Shown here one piece after another: positions 12,762-25,139 of a stretch of DNA of 64,000 nucleotides; within the stretch, counting starts at the first letter, position 1; each line of letters begins with the position of its first letter. Source of the DNA: Takakia lepidozioides (Eukaryota; Plantae; Bryophyta); contig CM060733.1 of assembly GCA_030704615.1 (NCBI GenBank), positions 41,230,001 to 41,294,000 of the forward strand. Direction: 5' to 3'. Both the position numbers and the translations under genes were made by a program. The notes under the pieces are model-generated. The model was given only the letters and a program-made list of their open reading frames with translations, did not search any database and was not told where the DNA came from.

Positions 12762-15179
12762 TCAAGCACCGAGTGGAATGTCAGTGGAGACTGCACTAGG
12801 ATCGTCAGCCATTTCGTGTGCTACTGGTACCGGAGGTGTTAGGCACTTGTCCCTCCCACTGCCAGGGCAAGCCCCTTTCTCTGGCATGAAGGACATAGGT
12901 GCGCTACTTGGTGTAGGAGTTCCGCACGCACCATACATATTGTCATTGTCTAAGGATTGAAGGATGCAAGTTGCATCATGAAGAGCTTCTTCTTTCTTCT
13001 TTAGTACTTTAGGTTTCTTCATCCTTTGTTCCTGAATTTGCATCATTGTGTTGATTGCCCTTGACAATTGCGAGTCACTAGTTTCTTCTTCTGATGCTTG
13101 TGATCTTGCAGTTGGCATGGCTGAGCTTTGTGTCTGTGGCACTGCCCAAGGTGTGGGCACGGTGCCCATCTCCGCCATGACCATGTTAGCACGGACATGC
13201 TGCATCCTGCAGTTCTCCACTACAGCGTCATGGAAAGCAATGTCAGACTGATCTTCTTTGTTTGCTTCCAGCAATAGGGAAAGGCAAGCAGGGTGGAAGA
13301 AACTCTCAGTACAGTCGGAGCAGACTATCTTAGACTGTTCAAACCCCAGTTGGCAAAAGGGGCATGGACTGGGCTCCATGAGTGATTCAGTGGGGAGGGC
13401 ACACAGTGACCTCTTGTATGTCCCATCCTCGATGCTTTGTAGCTCAATCTTGGCATTCTCTTTCTCCAATGCAAGGTCATCCAAAGAAATCAGCACTTCC
13501 ACCAGATGACAGTTGCTGAGGTCCAGCTGTTGTTGCACATTCTTGTGCACCTTTTGCAACCTTTCCTGCTCGGTTTGGAGTGAGCGGAAAAATTCTTCTT
13601 CCTCCTCCTCCTTTGCTATGATTGCTTGTTCTTTGAAAATGATAGCTTCCAGCTTAGCATCAACAATTGTTTCTGTCCTCAAATTGCAGCTGGCAATGGC
13701 AAGCTTCAGCTCAATGGTAGGCACCGTCATAATCTTGACCTCATCATGTCGTGCGTTGTAAGCTTCTAGGTCCCTTCTCACAAGGGAATCAAGTTGCTCA
13801 TTCAGTGTATGGAGGCAATCACCCTGCCTTCTTAACTCCTCTGCATGTAACTTCTCCTGCTCTAGGGCTTTTTCCTTCTGTTCGAGAAGCACCCTAGCAT
13901 TCTCCAGTCGTTTTGGTGATACTTCTTTCTCCTCCTTGAGTATCAAACCAATGGTTGCTGGTTCTTCTGGCGTAGTCTGCTTGACAGTAACACCCGTTCC
14001 TGACCTCAGCTTGGTGCTAATAACTGCATGCTGCTGTTGCCTGTTTTGTGCCGGATTTACCTCAGCTTGTCCTTTATCAGAGTATCCGTGTATATTCACC
14101 TTGTCAAGCTTAGTAAGCTTTTCTTGCATTGCGTGCGGCGCATCATCCCGCTTAGTTCTCTCCTCTGTATGCACATTTTCTCTCAGCAAGGCGTCTTTTT
14201 CTTCTTGCACCGTTCTGGCATTCTCTGATATGACTGACGATACGTCTTCGCTGGCAGATGCCAAGTCTTTCTCAATTCTTTGGATGGCCTGCTTATTTGT
14301 ATCTTGCACATTCTTGCAGTTATTTTGCATCTCACCCAGCTTCATCTGGATTGAACGGGTGAGTTCCTCAATCTCCTCCTTCTGTCTCGCAATGCTTGCT
14401 TGCTCCAACTTAGTGATACCAACGTTTGTCTCCCCTTTAAGACTGGCAATACCACTATACTCCTCGGGGTTAGTCTGTGTAGACAACACTTGCTCATCCT
14501 GCTGGGAGATGTGACTTCTGTTACCAACACCAGGACCAGCTTTCAGAACGTCTATTTGGGGTGAACCGAGTAGCTGTGATATCCCCTTTGCTTGGTATAC
14601 CTCAATCAACAGTTTCCCCAGAGCGAATAACTGCTCTTCCAGGCCAGGGGCTATAGCTAGCAGCTCAGGTGGATTATTTTTTGCATATGCCACTCGCCTA
14701 TTGTGATGCTCAAAAGCGGCACGAGCCCAATTCACATCGAGCTCCTCTCCGAAGTGTGCAAGACATGCACGAACAAAGCAATGGCAGAATTCGTCATCAT
14801 AGGGCTGACAACCATAGACCTTTCTGTGCCAAGCCGCAAACTGCTTTGCTTGCTTTTGGTCGGTTGCAAGAGCAATTGGGAGCCTCTTGTAGGAATGGGG
14901 AGAGCACGGAAATAGCTTGAAGAGCTCAGAGGACGGAAACATTGAAGACGGAACATCTTCTGGTAGGACCCCAGTGTTGGGGAGATCCACAACCTCGTGC
15001 CAGAACTCAAGACTGTACTCTGCTTGATCCGGTCCTAACAAGAAGGGAGCTACTCGGTATGCCTTTGCCTGTAGCCAACTGGGCAGGCCCTGTAGATCCA
15101 GCGCCCCTTTATTCGTGAAAAAACCCGTCTCACAAGCTACAGCCGGAATCTCCAAGGTGAGAGAATCGTTGAAGCTCAT
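12762..15179 (-). CDS. Intronless 805-aa hypothetical protein: N-terminal VYG..P/VNWA domain, long coiled coil, RING/PHD-like Cys/His cluster; probably transposon-associated
   Basis: Uninterrupted 2.4-kb ORF; E/K/Q-rich heptad stretches; CPFCQLGFEQSKIVCSDCTESFFHPACL. No family recognised with certainty. Confidence 0.6.
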   Translation of the reverse strand: MSFNDSLTLEIPAVACETGFFTNKGALDLQGLPSWLQAKAYRVAPFLLGPDQAEYSLEFWHEVVDLPNTGVLPEDVPSSMFPSSELFKLFPCSPHSYKRLPIALATDQKQAKQFAAWHRKVYGCQPYDDEFCHCFVRACLAHFGEELDVNWARAAFEHHNRRVAYAKNNPPELLAIAPGLEEQLFALGKLLIEVYQAKGISQLLGSPQIDVLKAGPGVGNRSHISQQDEQVLSTQTNPEEYSGIASLKGETNVGITKLEQASIARQKEEIEELTRSIQMKLGEMQNNCKNVQDTNKQAIQRIEKDLASASEDVSSVISENARTVQEEKDALLRENVHTEERTKRDDAPHAMQEKLTKLDKVNIHGYSDKGQAEVNPAQNRQQQHAVISTKLRSGTGVTVKQTTPEEPATIGLILKEEKEVSPKRLENARVLLEQKEKALEQEKLHAEELRRQGDCLHTLNEQLDSLVRRDLEAYNARHDEVKIMTVPTIELKLAIASCNLRTETIVDAKLEAIIFKEQAIIAKEEEEEEFFRSLQTEQERLQKVHKNVQQQLDLSNCHLVEVLISLDDLALEKENAKIELQSIEDGTYKRSLCALPTESLMEPSPCPFCQLGFEQSKIVCSDCTESFFHPACLSLLLEANKEDQSDIAFHDAVVENCRMQHVRANMVMAEMGTVPTPWAVPQTQSSAMPTARSQASEEETSDSQLSRAINTMMQIQEQRMKKPKVLKKKEEALHDATCILQSLDNDNMYGACGTPTPSSAPMSFMPEKGACPGSGRDKCLTPPVPVAHEMADDPSAVSTDIPLGA

Positions 15180-15796
15180 TTGTAGGAAGTGTGAATTATG
15201 AGGGCCCTGCTGTAGACAATGAAGAGAGATAAAGGTCTTGCAGATAGAGTTGAATTAGCAACGCCCAAGACAAACTTTGACGAAAAAGCAGAGTAGTAGC
15301 AATCAATCCCTACGCCTTTCCTTCACTTGAGCCCCTCGGGATTTAGCAGACACAATCCTTGTTGGGATCAGCGATAATAGCAGGTCGGGCAGCCTCTCTC
15401 AGGTCGATCCAACAGTATATGCAAGCCCACGATGATTGCAAACCATGGGAAGCCTGACGCCATCGCGGAGCCCCCTGGCACGCTAGTCCGCTGGGTGTCT
15501 GGCAGAGATCAGAAGAGCTTGGGCCAGTCTGCAGCGATCCACCCAACGCCCTTCCACCGCCGCCCTCTCACCGCCGACGGCCGGTAGCGGTAGACTCTCT
15601 CGGGGGTTTCCCAACCGTACGCTACCAGGGAAATTAAGCTATTTTCGAATATGCCTAAGAACGTAAAGAATTTTGGGGAAAATTCCTTTGTATTTTGCGG
15701 GGCCTTATACTTGTGAACACCACTCTAGGGTTACGTGCAGGGACGTTCAGGAGTGGGAACGCACTCGCCAGGCTGTCAGGCTTGCGTTACGTATTA

Positions 15797-15909
15797 GGGA
15801 AGGGTCGTTCCCAAGGCCCTTCTTGAATTTGAGAGCACCGGCAACGAGGGCGGAGCCCGAGTTCCGGGTTCTCGAAAATTCAGGAAGGGCCGTGGGAAGG
15901 ACCCTTCCC
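15797..15909. repeat. Inverted repeat/hairpin with arms of at least 34 bp
   Basis: GGGAAGGGTCGTTCCCAAGGCCCTTCTTGAATTT pairs with AAATTCAGGAAGGGCCGTGGGAAGGACCCTTCCC (3 mismatches). Confidence 0.85.
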
Positions 15910-16115
15910 CAACGTGAAAAACTGGGAAATTTTTCTTTCCCGCTCCTTGCCCCGCAAATCGGGGGACCCTTCCAAAAGCGGAAGGTACTTCCCGTAAATC
16001 GGGGAACCTTGTGGCCAGGGAGGCTCCTTGAATTACAAAGAAAAAAATTTGCCAGTGTTTTACGCTCCTGGAAGGCACTCCTCTTACCCCTCCCTTCTTT
16101 CCCTCTTCTTTTCGA

Positions 16116-16629
16116 CTTCTTCCCCCTTTGTTCTGATTTCTTTCTGGCATCTTTTCTGACTGGACACCGTGTTGGAAAGATGATAAAGATAAAACATTCT
16201 TTATGTAGGGTAAAGCACCTGGGCTCGGTGGTTCCCAGGTTTTCGCCCCTATAAACCGCCCTCGTTTCAGGGGCCAAAACCTGGGAACCACCGAGCCTGC
16301 TTTACCCTACATAAAGAATTTTTGGTCCCCCCTCTTTATCTTTATCATCTTTCCAGCATGGTGTCCAGTCAGAAAAGATGCCAGAAAGAAATCAGAACGA
16401 AGGGGGAAGAAGGGAGGACTGCGTTCCAGGAGCACCTGGGAACCACCGAGCCTGCTTTACCCTACATAAAGAATTTTTGGTCCCCCCTCTTTATCTTTAT
16501 CATCTTTCCAGCATGGTGTCCAGTCAGAAAAGATGCCAGAAAGAAATCAGAACGAAGGGGGAAGAAGGGAGGACTGCGTTCCAGGAGCACCTGGGAACCA
16601 CCGAGAGCCCAGGTGCTTTACCCTATACA
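16116..16629. repeat. Long foldback (arms about 16116-16243 and 16276-16412) whose right arm is tandemly repeated with a 155-bp period
   Basis: The left arm is the reverse complement of the right arm apart from small indels. ACCTGGGAACCACCGAG starts at 16279, 16434 and 16589. Confidence 0.9.
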
Positions 16630-16737
16630 AATTGACGGAAAACATTTGTAATTGTTTCAGCTCTCAACCTCATTGCCCGAGGTCCTGGGCGCCTGTCGCC
16701 GGGCTGCTAAGCACTTTGTCCGGGTTTGTATGACATG

Positions 16738-16902
16738 GATATATATATATATGACGCCAGCCAAAGCTAGCGTGAATAAGAGGGAGGACAATAGGACTAA
16801 TGTAAGAACTTAATGGACACGTGTAATCTGAGAGTACTTTCGTTGGATTCCAGCAACATGGGCTCCTATGGCGAGGGGCCCTTGTCAAATCCTCCCCACC
16901 CC
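16738..16902 (-). mobile_element. SINE-like/non-LTR 3' end with stem-loop and (AT)n tail
   Basis: (TA)n-TGACGCCAGCCAAAGCTAGCGTGAATAAG matches 34997-35040. 16782-16830 and 16881-16901 match the reverse complement of parts of 34860-34956. Confidence 0.55.
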
Positions 16903-17389
16903 CTATTACCTCTGTTTCACTATTATTCTAGCGACGACCAGGTCGGAAGCTAGTTTAGCGTAGAGCGGATATAGGGTGCCATAGTGCCACGTCATCATCA
17001 CCACGTGTCGTCGTCAAATATTTTTGAACTTGACCGGACTGCCCGAAAATAACTGAAAAAAACAGGGATGGGTGTGCGCGGGGAAGGGATGACGATGCCC
17101 CCGCGAAGAGTCTTGCAATCGTCCCCGCGAAGATTTGTTCATCCTGCAAATGTGGGCTCCTGGCTCCTGTACCATAATTTGGCATTCTTCCTGATGTTTA
17201 CAAGGTTTCAATCTCTGCCTGCTCAGCTGCACCGTGGTGGTTCTCACAGACCAATCCGACATTACCTGTGGGCTCCTGGCTATGTGGTGAGGGCTCCTTC
17301 TTCTTCAACCTATTTCTGCCTGTTTGTCCCTCTCATCAGACTCGGCCCTGAAATGCATATTGAGATGCATATTGTCTCTGTAGTTCCCA

Positions 17390-17560
17390 AAGCAAGCGGC
17401 GCATAGTTGGTCTTCACGTTGCAGATTTTCCCACCTACCAGTTTCTATCCGCAAACTGCGGTAGCCCACCCTGAACCTCCCCAATGCCCTTAAGAAGAGA
17501 GGAAGATAGGGCTGCAGATAGGTAATTAAGCCGCAAGATCCTATCGTCACGGAGAGTCAC
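17390..17560 (-). mobile_element. Degenerate non-LTR (RTE/RTEX-like) ORF C-terminal fragment
   Basis: YLQPYL..RALGRFRVGYRSLRIETGRWENLQREDQLCAAC resembles the RFR.G.H.L.IETGRW..C..C C-terminal motif of this LINE group. Confidence 0.6.
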
Positions 17561-17746
17561 AGAGAACTAAGAATGTCTCCCGAGAGTGGCTAGTTTCCAT
17601 ATCCGCCTGACGTGCAGTTCATGAGTTCTCTTCTGATGCATCTATTGCGGTCCTATTTGGAGGCAATACCCACCCTTTCTGCATTTGTTGCTCCACTGAA
17701 TAAAAGAGAGCCAACTCGTATTTGCATGTAGCCAAAGTCCTGATGA

Positions 17747-18079
17747 AGTGGGCTCACGCTGGTTCCAAGGTCTTTCTCCCTTGATTCTGATCATTTATTT
17801 CATGTCTGGCATCTCGCATTGGAACGTCAATGCGCAGAAGAGATCAAAGCAATCCCCAGGTAATGTGCACAGATACAAAACCTAATTTGTCATATAGACT
17901 TTTGGAAAGTGGGCTACGCTAGTTCCAAGGTCTTTCTCCCTTGATTTTGATGGTTGCCATTTATTCATGTCTGGCATCTCGCATTGGAACGTCAAGGCGC
18001 AGAAGAGATCAAAGCAAATGATCCCCAGGTAATGTGCACATATACAAAACCTAATTTGTCATATAGACTTTTGTAAGTT
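17747..18079. repeat. Tandem duplication of about 165 bp
   Basis: AAGTGGGCT..GTTCCAAGGTCTTTCTCCC..GTCATATAGACTTTTG occurs at about 17747-17903 and 17908-18073. Confidence 0.9.
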
Positions 18080-18681
18080 AGCTCTCTGGGTGGATCTATG
18101 GTGGTTATAAGTGTTTTTCACATTTTATTGCCAATGGGGTAGCAGGCAAATATCAGAAAACCAAAAACAGAGACAAGGAACAGCTTTATTAGAAGGAATA
18201 TGTTTTGAACCTAAGACAATGGTGGGACACTAGATGCAGAAAGGTGAATCCCTTATCTTACCGAAAAAACAGACAACAAGATGCTCGAAGAGCTTTCCTG
18301 CAAAATTTTCAATTCTCTCTGCTTGACACGTTTCTACGTCTTGTCAGCACACAGGGACTAGTGGGTGGTAAGGTGCAGTTGGGGTGTTTGCTAGATAAAT
18401 TATGGTTTGTCATCGTAGCTCTCAGCAGCAAGGTGGAGATTTTATTTTTGCAAAGGCAGGGATAACTGGAGGTCGTGATGGAGTTGTGGGTCCAGGTCCA
18501 TCCGAGAGGGCCAGATCTCAAGCACAAGAGTACCAATGAGCCGCCATGGATTGATAGCTGCAAGTAATCTGCATGGGTAGATGGTCAACTGGAAGCAGGA
18601 GTGGGACCACAGCTGATAAAATCAGGCACTTCCACCATGACAACCACTTCCAAAAGGGGACCAAGAGAGGGAGTCTAGAAG

Positions 18682-21110
18682 ATGTCTTCTTGTGCTTCTG
18701 GGCAAATGACACCAAGTGAGGCAGGACAACTGAAAGAGGCTCTGCAAACTTTGAACCAAGGAGGTATTTCAGCACATTCAGATACTTCTGTCTGTCTCCT
18801 GCATAAGTGCATCAAGATGAAAGACCTAACAGCTGGAAAGGAGGTGCGCGCTCACATTATCCAAAGTGGATTCAAGCCAAATGTGTTTCTACACAACACC
18901 CATGTCAACATGTATGTCAAATGCAAGAGCATTGTGGATGCACACCAAGTGTTCGACAAAATGCCTCAACGAGGTTTGATCTCGTGGAACATAATGATTG
19001 CAGGATTTGCCAAGCATGGGTGTGGTAAGAATGCCTTGGAGACATATGAGCAAATGATGCGCGAAGGGGTGAAGCCCAACCAGGTCACATTCATTTGCAT
19101 TTGTAATGCGTGTGCAAGCCTGGCGGCCCTGGGAAAGGGAAAAGAGGTCCATGCTGACATCATGAAAGCTGGAATTATACCAGATGTCATTCTAGGCACC
19201 GCCCTGGTGGATATGTATGCCCAATGCGGGAGCATCAATGATGCAAGGTAGTGTTTGATGATATAATGGCACAAAATGTAGTGACATGGAATGCAGTGAT
19301 AGCAGGATATGCCCAGCATGGGTGTGCGAGGGAGGCTTTGGAGACCTATGAGCAAATGATCCTGGAAGGGGGGACACTCAACCAGGTCACGTTTGTTTGC
19401 ATTTGCAATGTGTGTGCGAATTTGACAGCCCTAGAGAAGGGTAAAGAGGTCCATTGTGATATCAAGAAAGCTGGAATTGTACCAAATATCATCTTGGAAA
19501 CTACCCTCATAGACATGTATACCAAATGTGGGAGCATCAAGGATACAGTGGGAATATTTGACCATATGGCTGAACGGGATGTGGTGTCTTGGAGTGCGAT
19601 GATCGCAGGATACGCCCAGCTTGGTTGTTGGATGGAGGCTTTGGAGACCTATGAGCAAATGATCTGCGAAGGAGTGAAGCCCAACCACGTCACGTCCGTG
19701 TGCATGTGCAATGTGTGTGCAAGCCTGGCAGACCTGGAAAAGGGCAAAGAGGTTCATGGTGACATCATGAGAGCTGGAATTGCACCAGATGTCATTCTGG
19801 ACACTGCCCTCCTAGACATGTACGCTAAATGCAGGAGCATCAAGGACGCAAAGGGAGTGTTCGACAATATGGCTGCACGTGGAATGCAATGATGGCAGGA
19901 TATGCCCAGCATGGGTACGGGATGGAGGCTTTGGAGATTTATGAGCAAATGATGTGGGAAGGGGTGAGACCACACCAGATCACGCTTGTTTGCGTTTGCA
20001 ATGTGTGTTCCAGCTTGGCAGCTCTGCAAAAGGGCAAAGAGGTCCATGCTGACATCGTGAAAGGCGGAATTGTACCAAATATGATTCTGAACAATACCCT
20101 TGTGGACATGTATGCTAAGTGCGGGAGTATCAAGGATGGAAAGGAAGTGTTCAACAATATGGTTGAACGAGATATGGTGTCGTGGAATGTGATGATGGGA
20201 GGATATGCCCAGCACGGTTGCCATAGGGAGGCCCTGCAACTATTTGAAGGAATGCAAAAGGAAGGCTTGAAGCTGGACAAGATCACCTTCATTTGTGTTC
20301 TCTCTCTCCATGTAGGCATGTTGGCCTAGTGGATGAAGGCAGGCATTACTTTCATTCCCTGACTCAAGATCATGATGTGACTCCAACAGTATGTGGAAGG
20401 ATAGCTACAATATCCCTGGAAAGTGGCAGGGGAATCCATTCTGATATCATCAAAACTGGAATTCAGTCAGACAATATTTTGGACACCGCTCTTGTCCACA
20501 TGTATGCCAGTTGCGGGAGTGTGAAGGATGTGCGTGAAGTGTTTGACAGAATGTCTAAGCACGATGTGGTCTCATGGAGTGCCGTGATCACAGGGTATGC
20601 TCAGCTTGGACATGGCAAAAAGGCTCTCAAATCTATGAGCAAATGCTCTGGAAGGGTGATGCCTAACAGAGTCACGTCTATTACCATTCTCGATGCCTGT
20701 GGTAGCTTAGGAGCACTGGAAAAAGGGAAGTAGATCCATGCTGACATGAAGGAAGCTGGAATTGTGTCATCTTTTAATTTGGAGACTACCCTAGTCTATA
20801 TGTATGCCAAATGCGGGAGTGTGAAAGAGGCACGTTAAGTGTTTGACAGAATGGATAATCTTATGTGGTGTCCTGGAGTGCAATGGTTGCAGGATGTGCT
20901 TAGTGTGGTCATGGTGAAGAGGCCCTCAAAATGTATGAGCAAATGCAAAGGGACCGAGTGATGGCTGACAAGGTTACATTCATCAGTCTTCTTAATGCTT
21001 GTGCCAGCCTAGGAGCCCTGGAAAGGGCCAAGTGGATCCATGCTGACATTATCAAAGCTCAAATTGCATCATATATTAATTTGGATAATGCCCTTGTCCA
21101 CACCTAGGCA
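18682..21110 (+). pseudogene. PLS-class pentatricopeptide repeat (PPR) pseudogene, organellar RNA-editing-factor type
   Basis: Repeating about 101-aa L-S-P triplets (GKEVHADI..G..PDVILGTALVDMYAKCGSI.DA..VFD.M....VV.WNA.IAGYAQHG...EALE.YEQM..EG..PN.VTF). Frameshifts near 19250, 19880 and 20310; stops at 20731 and beyond. No E/DYW domain seen. Confidence 0.92.
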
Positions 21111-21208
21111 AAATGCAGGGGGTGCTGGTACAAATATGCATTAAAAATAAAATAAAATAAATAAATAAAACCAAGCTTTTTCATGAAACCATGACATTAA
21201 ATCAAAAT

Positions 21209-24200
21209 GGTTGGTAACGGAGGGGTTTTTGAAGATGGGCGGTGCCCTGGGCTCCGCAGTTTGCGGTGAGTACACCTGGGGACTTAGCCATTTTCCCTCG
21301 CCTCTCCTCCTCCCACGATGCTGTGTATGGGCAATGCAATGGAAGAGATAGTAGTGGGCCAAACTCACTGCTTTCATCATCTCCACATTTCACCATGGCA
21401 TTCGTCACAATTTCTCAATGCCGCGCTCAATGCCAGCTCTCACGTGTTTACTCATCTCCACTCTCCCGCCTCTTCCCTCTGCTACGTTAATGAGCCGCCA
21501 CTGGCTATGCGGCTTTGCGCATCTCTCTCCTGGCAGAAATGTGTGGCAGAAAACGGAGGCTTCTTTTACTCCGCAGGTGATTCAACAAGACAGCTCGCTT
21601 TATGATTGACGGCAAAATGGATGCTTTGGCAAAGAGACTTGAGAGTCTTTGCTCCCTTCACACATTCCAGTGCCTCAAAGGGAAGTGTCCTAAACCAAGG
21701 GTGAACTCTATGCATTGGCATCCCACACTTGTCTTGTGGTGAAGTTTTTGCAAATTCCGCTTCTCAAATCTCTCTTTAGCATAATCTCTCTTGTCTGCTG
21801 ACTTGTCTATCTTGACCCTGTGAATTCGAAGTTCTACAGGCCTATCGCCTTCCTTCCTCTGTTTACTCCCGTCTATTGCATACTCAGCTTGTTTGTATTG
21901 TGCGATCTTGTTAAGCAGAAATCTTTTGTCTGGCACTCATGGCCTCCATAGGGGAAAGCTCCAAACGTAGTAAGCGCGGCGGTGCATCGCACTCAAGCAG
22001 GGGGGAAAACCAAACGTGGATCAGGAAAACCACCTCCATGGATTTGACGGGAGGTTCCATTTTGGATAAAGGGCCGAGTGCAGCAGTCCTCCCCCACCCC
22101 TCCCCAACACATGTAGAAGTGCTCTGGGAAGACACAGTAGTGGCAGCTGAATCAGAACAGCCAGTTCTCACCCTCAACAAGGATAAGATGATAGCACAAG
22201 CACAAAAGTTATCGCAGAGAGGCATTCTGCTTTACTTCCCTGGCAAACTACATCCCCGTGCATGGATCAGGCGATGGGTGGATGAACATCTCGGTGCAGG
22301 GGGAGGACTCGCGCAGCACTTCTGCCTGTCCATGGGAAGGGGCTTCTACGCCATCCTGTTCGGTTCCTCCACAGATGCTGAAAAGGCTGTTTGTTTCAAC
22401 ACTTAGCGATCCTCAGCGAGGGTTTTCATCTTCCCCTGGACCCAAGACTGGGGGCATAAGAAGGGTATCATGTGGAAACCGCGTCTGATTGCCATCCCGT
22501 TTCTACCTCCAACGTACCTCACTCGCTCCCTGAGATCGGAGCAAGCTTTGGCACCTTCATAGGTGCCATTAATGTGTATGAGCCAGTGCAAGATCAAGTC
22601 TTGAGTGTTGATAATGAAGCAATTCAACATGATTACAACTCAGATAATGGAGTGCCGAAACTGGTTGTTCTAATGCCAGCCAATGCTACAATAGGCTCTT
22701 CCATCAAGCTGCCCACGATCGATGACTCATTCATTGTAGTGTCGATCAAGGAAAAAGTGTTATCAGTCATATGCTTCCACTGCAACGCTGAAGGGCATGT
22801 CAGGGCAGATTGCCCGATTCTGAAGGGATCAAAGAAACATGAAGGAACAATCAAGGAGTCTGGATCCAGTCACCCCCAGCAAGAACGTGGCCTTAACCAT
22901 TTCGATTCAAATGGGTAGGCCACGGTCATGGAAGTTGAGGAGTTGCACACTACCAAAAAAAAGAAGCGGAATGCAGAAATCACAACCTGGAAGCACCCAA
23001 ATCGACCCTCTGCTTTCTTCCCAGTGAGAGTTATGGAGGCGTGGGCATCTTTCCCCTTCACACAGTTAGAGCTGCTCCAGCTAGACAGCAACAGCTTGGC
23101 CATCACCTTCTTGGAACTTCATTCGTTCATATCCAAGCTAATTCAGCCATACCTCATGGGAGCTACACCCACATCCTCCCCCCTTTGGGCTTTCTTGCTG
23201 AGATGGATAGTGCAGGGCAGAAACGCGAATGTTGGGTTGGGCTCCAAACCTTGGCAATCAATCTGGAGAGCCTGACACACGCTCAGAGGTAATCTTTTCC
23301 AGAAAATGCCTACAATGCTGCAGGAATGCCTGCGACAACCACTATTTCTCAACTATAACATGGACTCCGATTCCTTGCTAAGGCAAACCCCCACATGGGC
23401 CTTCTGGAAGGGACAGGGTTTTACGCACATTGCAAGCACCAGATCTAAGGGACATTTCCTTCAAGAGGAAGACATTGTTTGGAATAGTGGGGCAAAGAAG
23501 GTCAAAAGCCTGGAACACAATCATCTCACAGATCCCTCAGTTCATGCTCCCACTGCTGGATGAGACCAGGGACAATTGCACTCTCCCTGCCCGGATGGCA
23601 TCGGATCAATGCAATCCTGTAACAGTGGCTCTGATTTTGGCAATTCTTGACATGGAGGCCACATGATTGGGGTTCATACCAGACAGTGTTGGCAACCTCG
23701 CATTCTCTGGTGAAATAACGTTGGACAAGCGGAACCTATACCATATCAGGGTGCTGGATATGCTTGGAAAGGCCAACCCCATGCCACCGCAAGGAATGGA
23801 AATTCAATGGGTTGTCCATCAATCATTCACCTGGTTTCTCAAGTGCCCACTGGCGGATCTGCAATTTGATCCCTACGAGTGGAATTGGATGGACAAAAAA
23901 CATTCACCATTTTTCGCCTACAAGGTCAAGTTGGGTTACTCTCTCATCAACCCGCCCCGCACCTTTTTGGCAAGATGGTCTTCAAAATGGAGCAATCTGC
24001 AGTTCACCCAGTCTAACTGGGCCAAAATTTGGAAGGACGTTTGGAGGAAAGACAGGGCAGCAAAGGTCTCGGGTTTCCTGTGGAAATTGACCCACAGAAT
24101 CCTGCTAGTCAAGCTAACCACAGACCAAGACAATCCTACCTGCCCTCTCTGTCTGCAAGAACCAGAGTCCATGGAACATTGCCTGTTGTCTTGCAATTTC

Positions 24201-25139
24201 TCGGGTAGTATCTGGAGAAAGGTTTTGGGGTTCTACTCTCATTGGGCCTACCCCTCCCCTCCTCCTTAGTCTTTGTTGCTTCTCAACATGGTGCCAAGTC
24301 AGGCGCAAACCCTCTGTCCAGTGTGGGCCTCGCTTAGAGCCCATACTTTATGGAATATCTGGAAGTCAAGGTGTCCTATGTCTATGAGGGCAAGCCCCCC
24401 AGAGGCAGATCTGTCTTGTTCCACATTTTTCATGATCTGTTGACTGAGGGGAGAAAAGCGTGGGATTCGTTGTGTGCAGCTATTTCCAGATCTTCTGAAC
24501 AACGAGGAAGGAAGCTATTTCAAGATTTCATGCAGTCCTGGGGCAAAGGCAACCTGCTCGGCACCAGTCTTCCCGACAACCGCTTTGCTTGGAAAGACTC
24601 CATCCCCACTCAATGGGAGGTCCCCTGGTGATGGGGCGGAGGCTGATTACAACTGGCGTCACAAGAGAGCTCGAGTTACAAAGTTAAAAACTCAACTGAA
24701 GTTCTAAATCTGAAGCACCAATCGCTCGCCTCTCGGTCTGCAGCATCTACAGCTCCGAACTCGTAGGCTGGAGCCTCCCCTCTGGCGGGCCTTTCTGTCT
24801 CTCCTGTTTCTCAGTTCTAAAACACCTTACATTGTTCTTAGAGCACCAATACTACAAAACTGGATCAGTAGCTGTAGCAGGATTTCATCTGCCTTGTCTG
24901 CTCCTACGCCATGTTCTTTTCCATCTACCCTCCCTCTTAGCATTTCAAATTACCTTCAAACACTCATAATACAATCTCTAATCTCTCCTACGTCTCTTTT
25001 AGCTGTTTTGCTACAGTTGCGGGGAAGTTCCCCCCCAGTAAGTCCTCACGGCCTCTGCAGTGGTTATTTTTTCCATTGATATGACTCTACTTTTAATTAA
25101 TTTGATTAAAAGGGCCTCTATCCCCCATTTTAATTTTTT
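21209..25139 (+). mobile_element. L1/Tx1-like LINE with both ends retained but EN/RT core deleted; 12-bp TSD
   Basis: TTAAATCAAAAT at 21197-21208 and 25140-25151. ORF1 remnant with zinc knuckle CFHCNAEGHVRADC (21939-22918). ORF2 C-terminus with zf-RVT-like IWK..W....KVSGFLWKL..CPLC..EPESMEHCL (23667-24631). No endonuclease or YADD motif seen. Confidence 0.8.
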
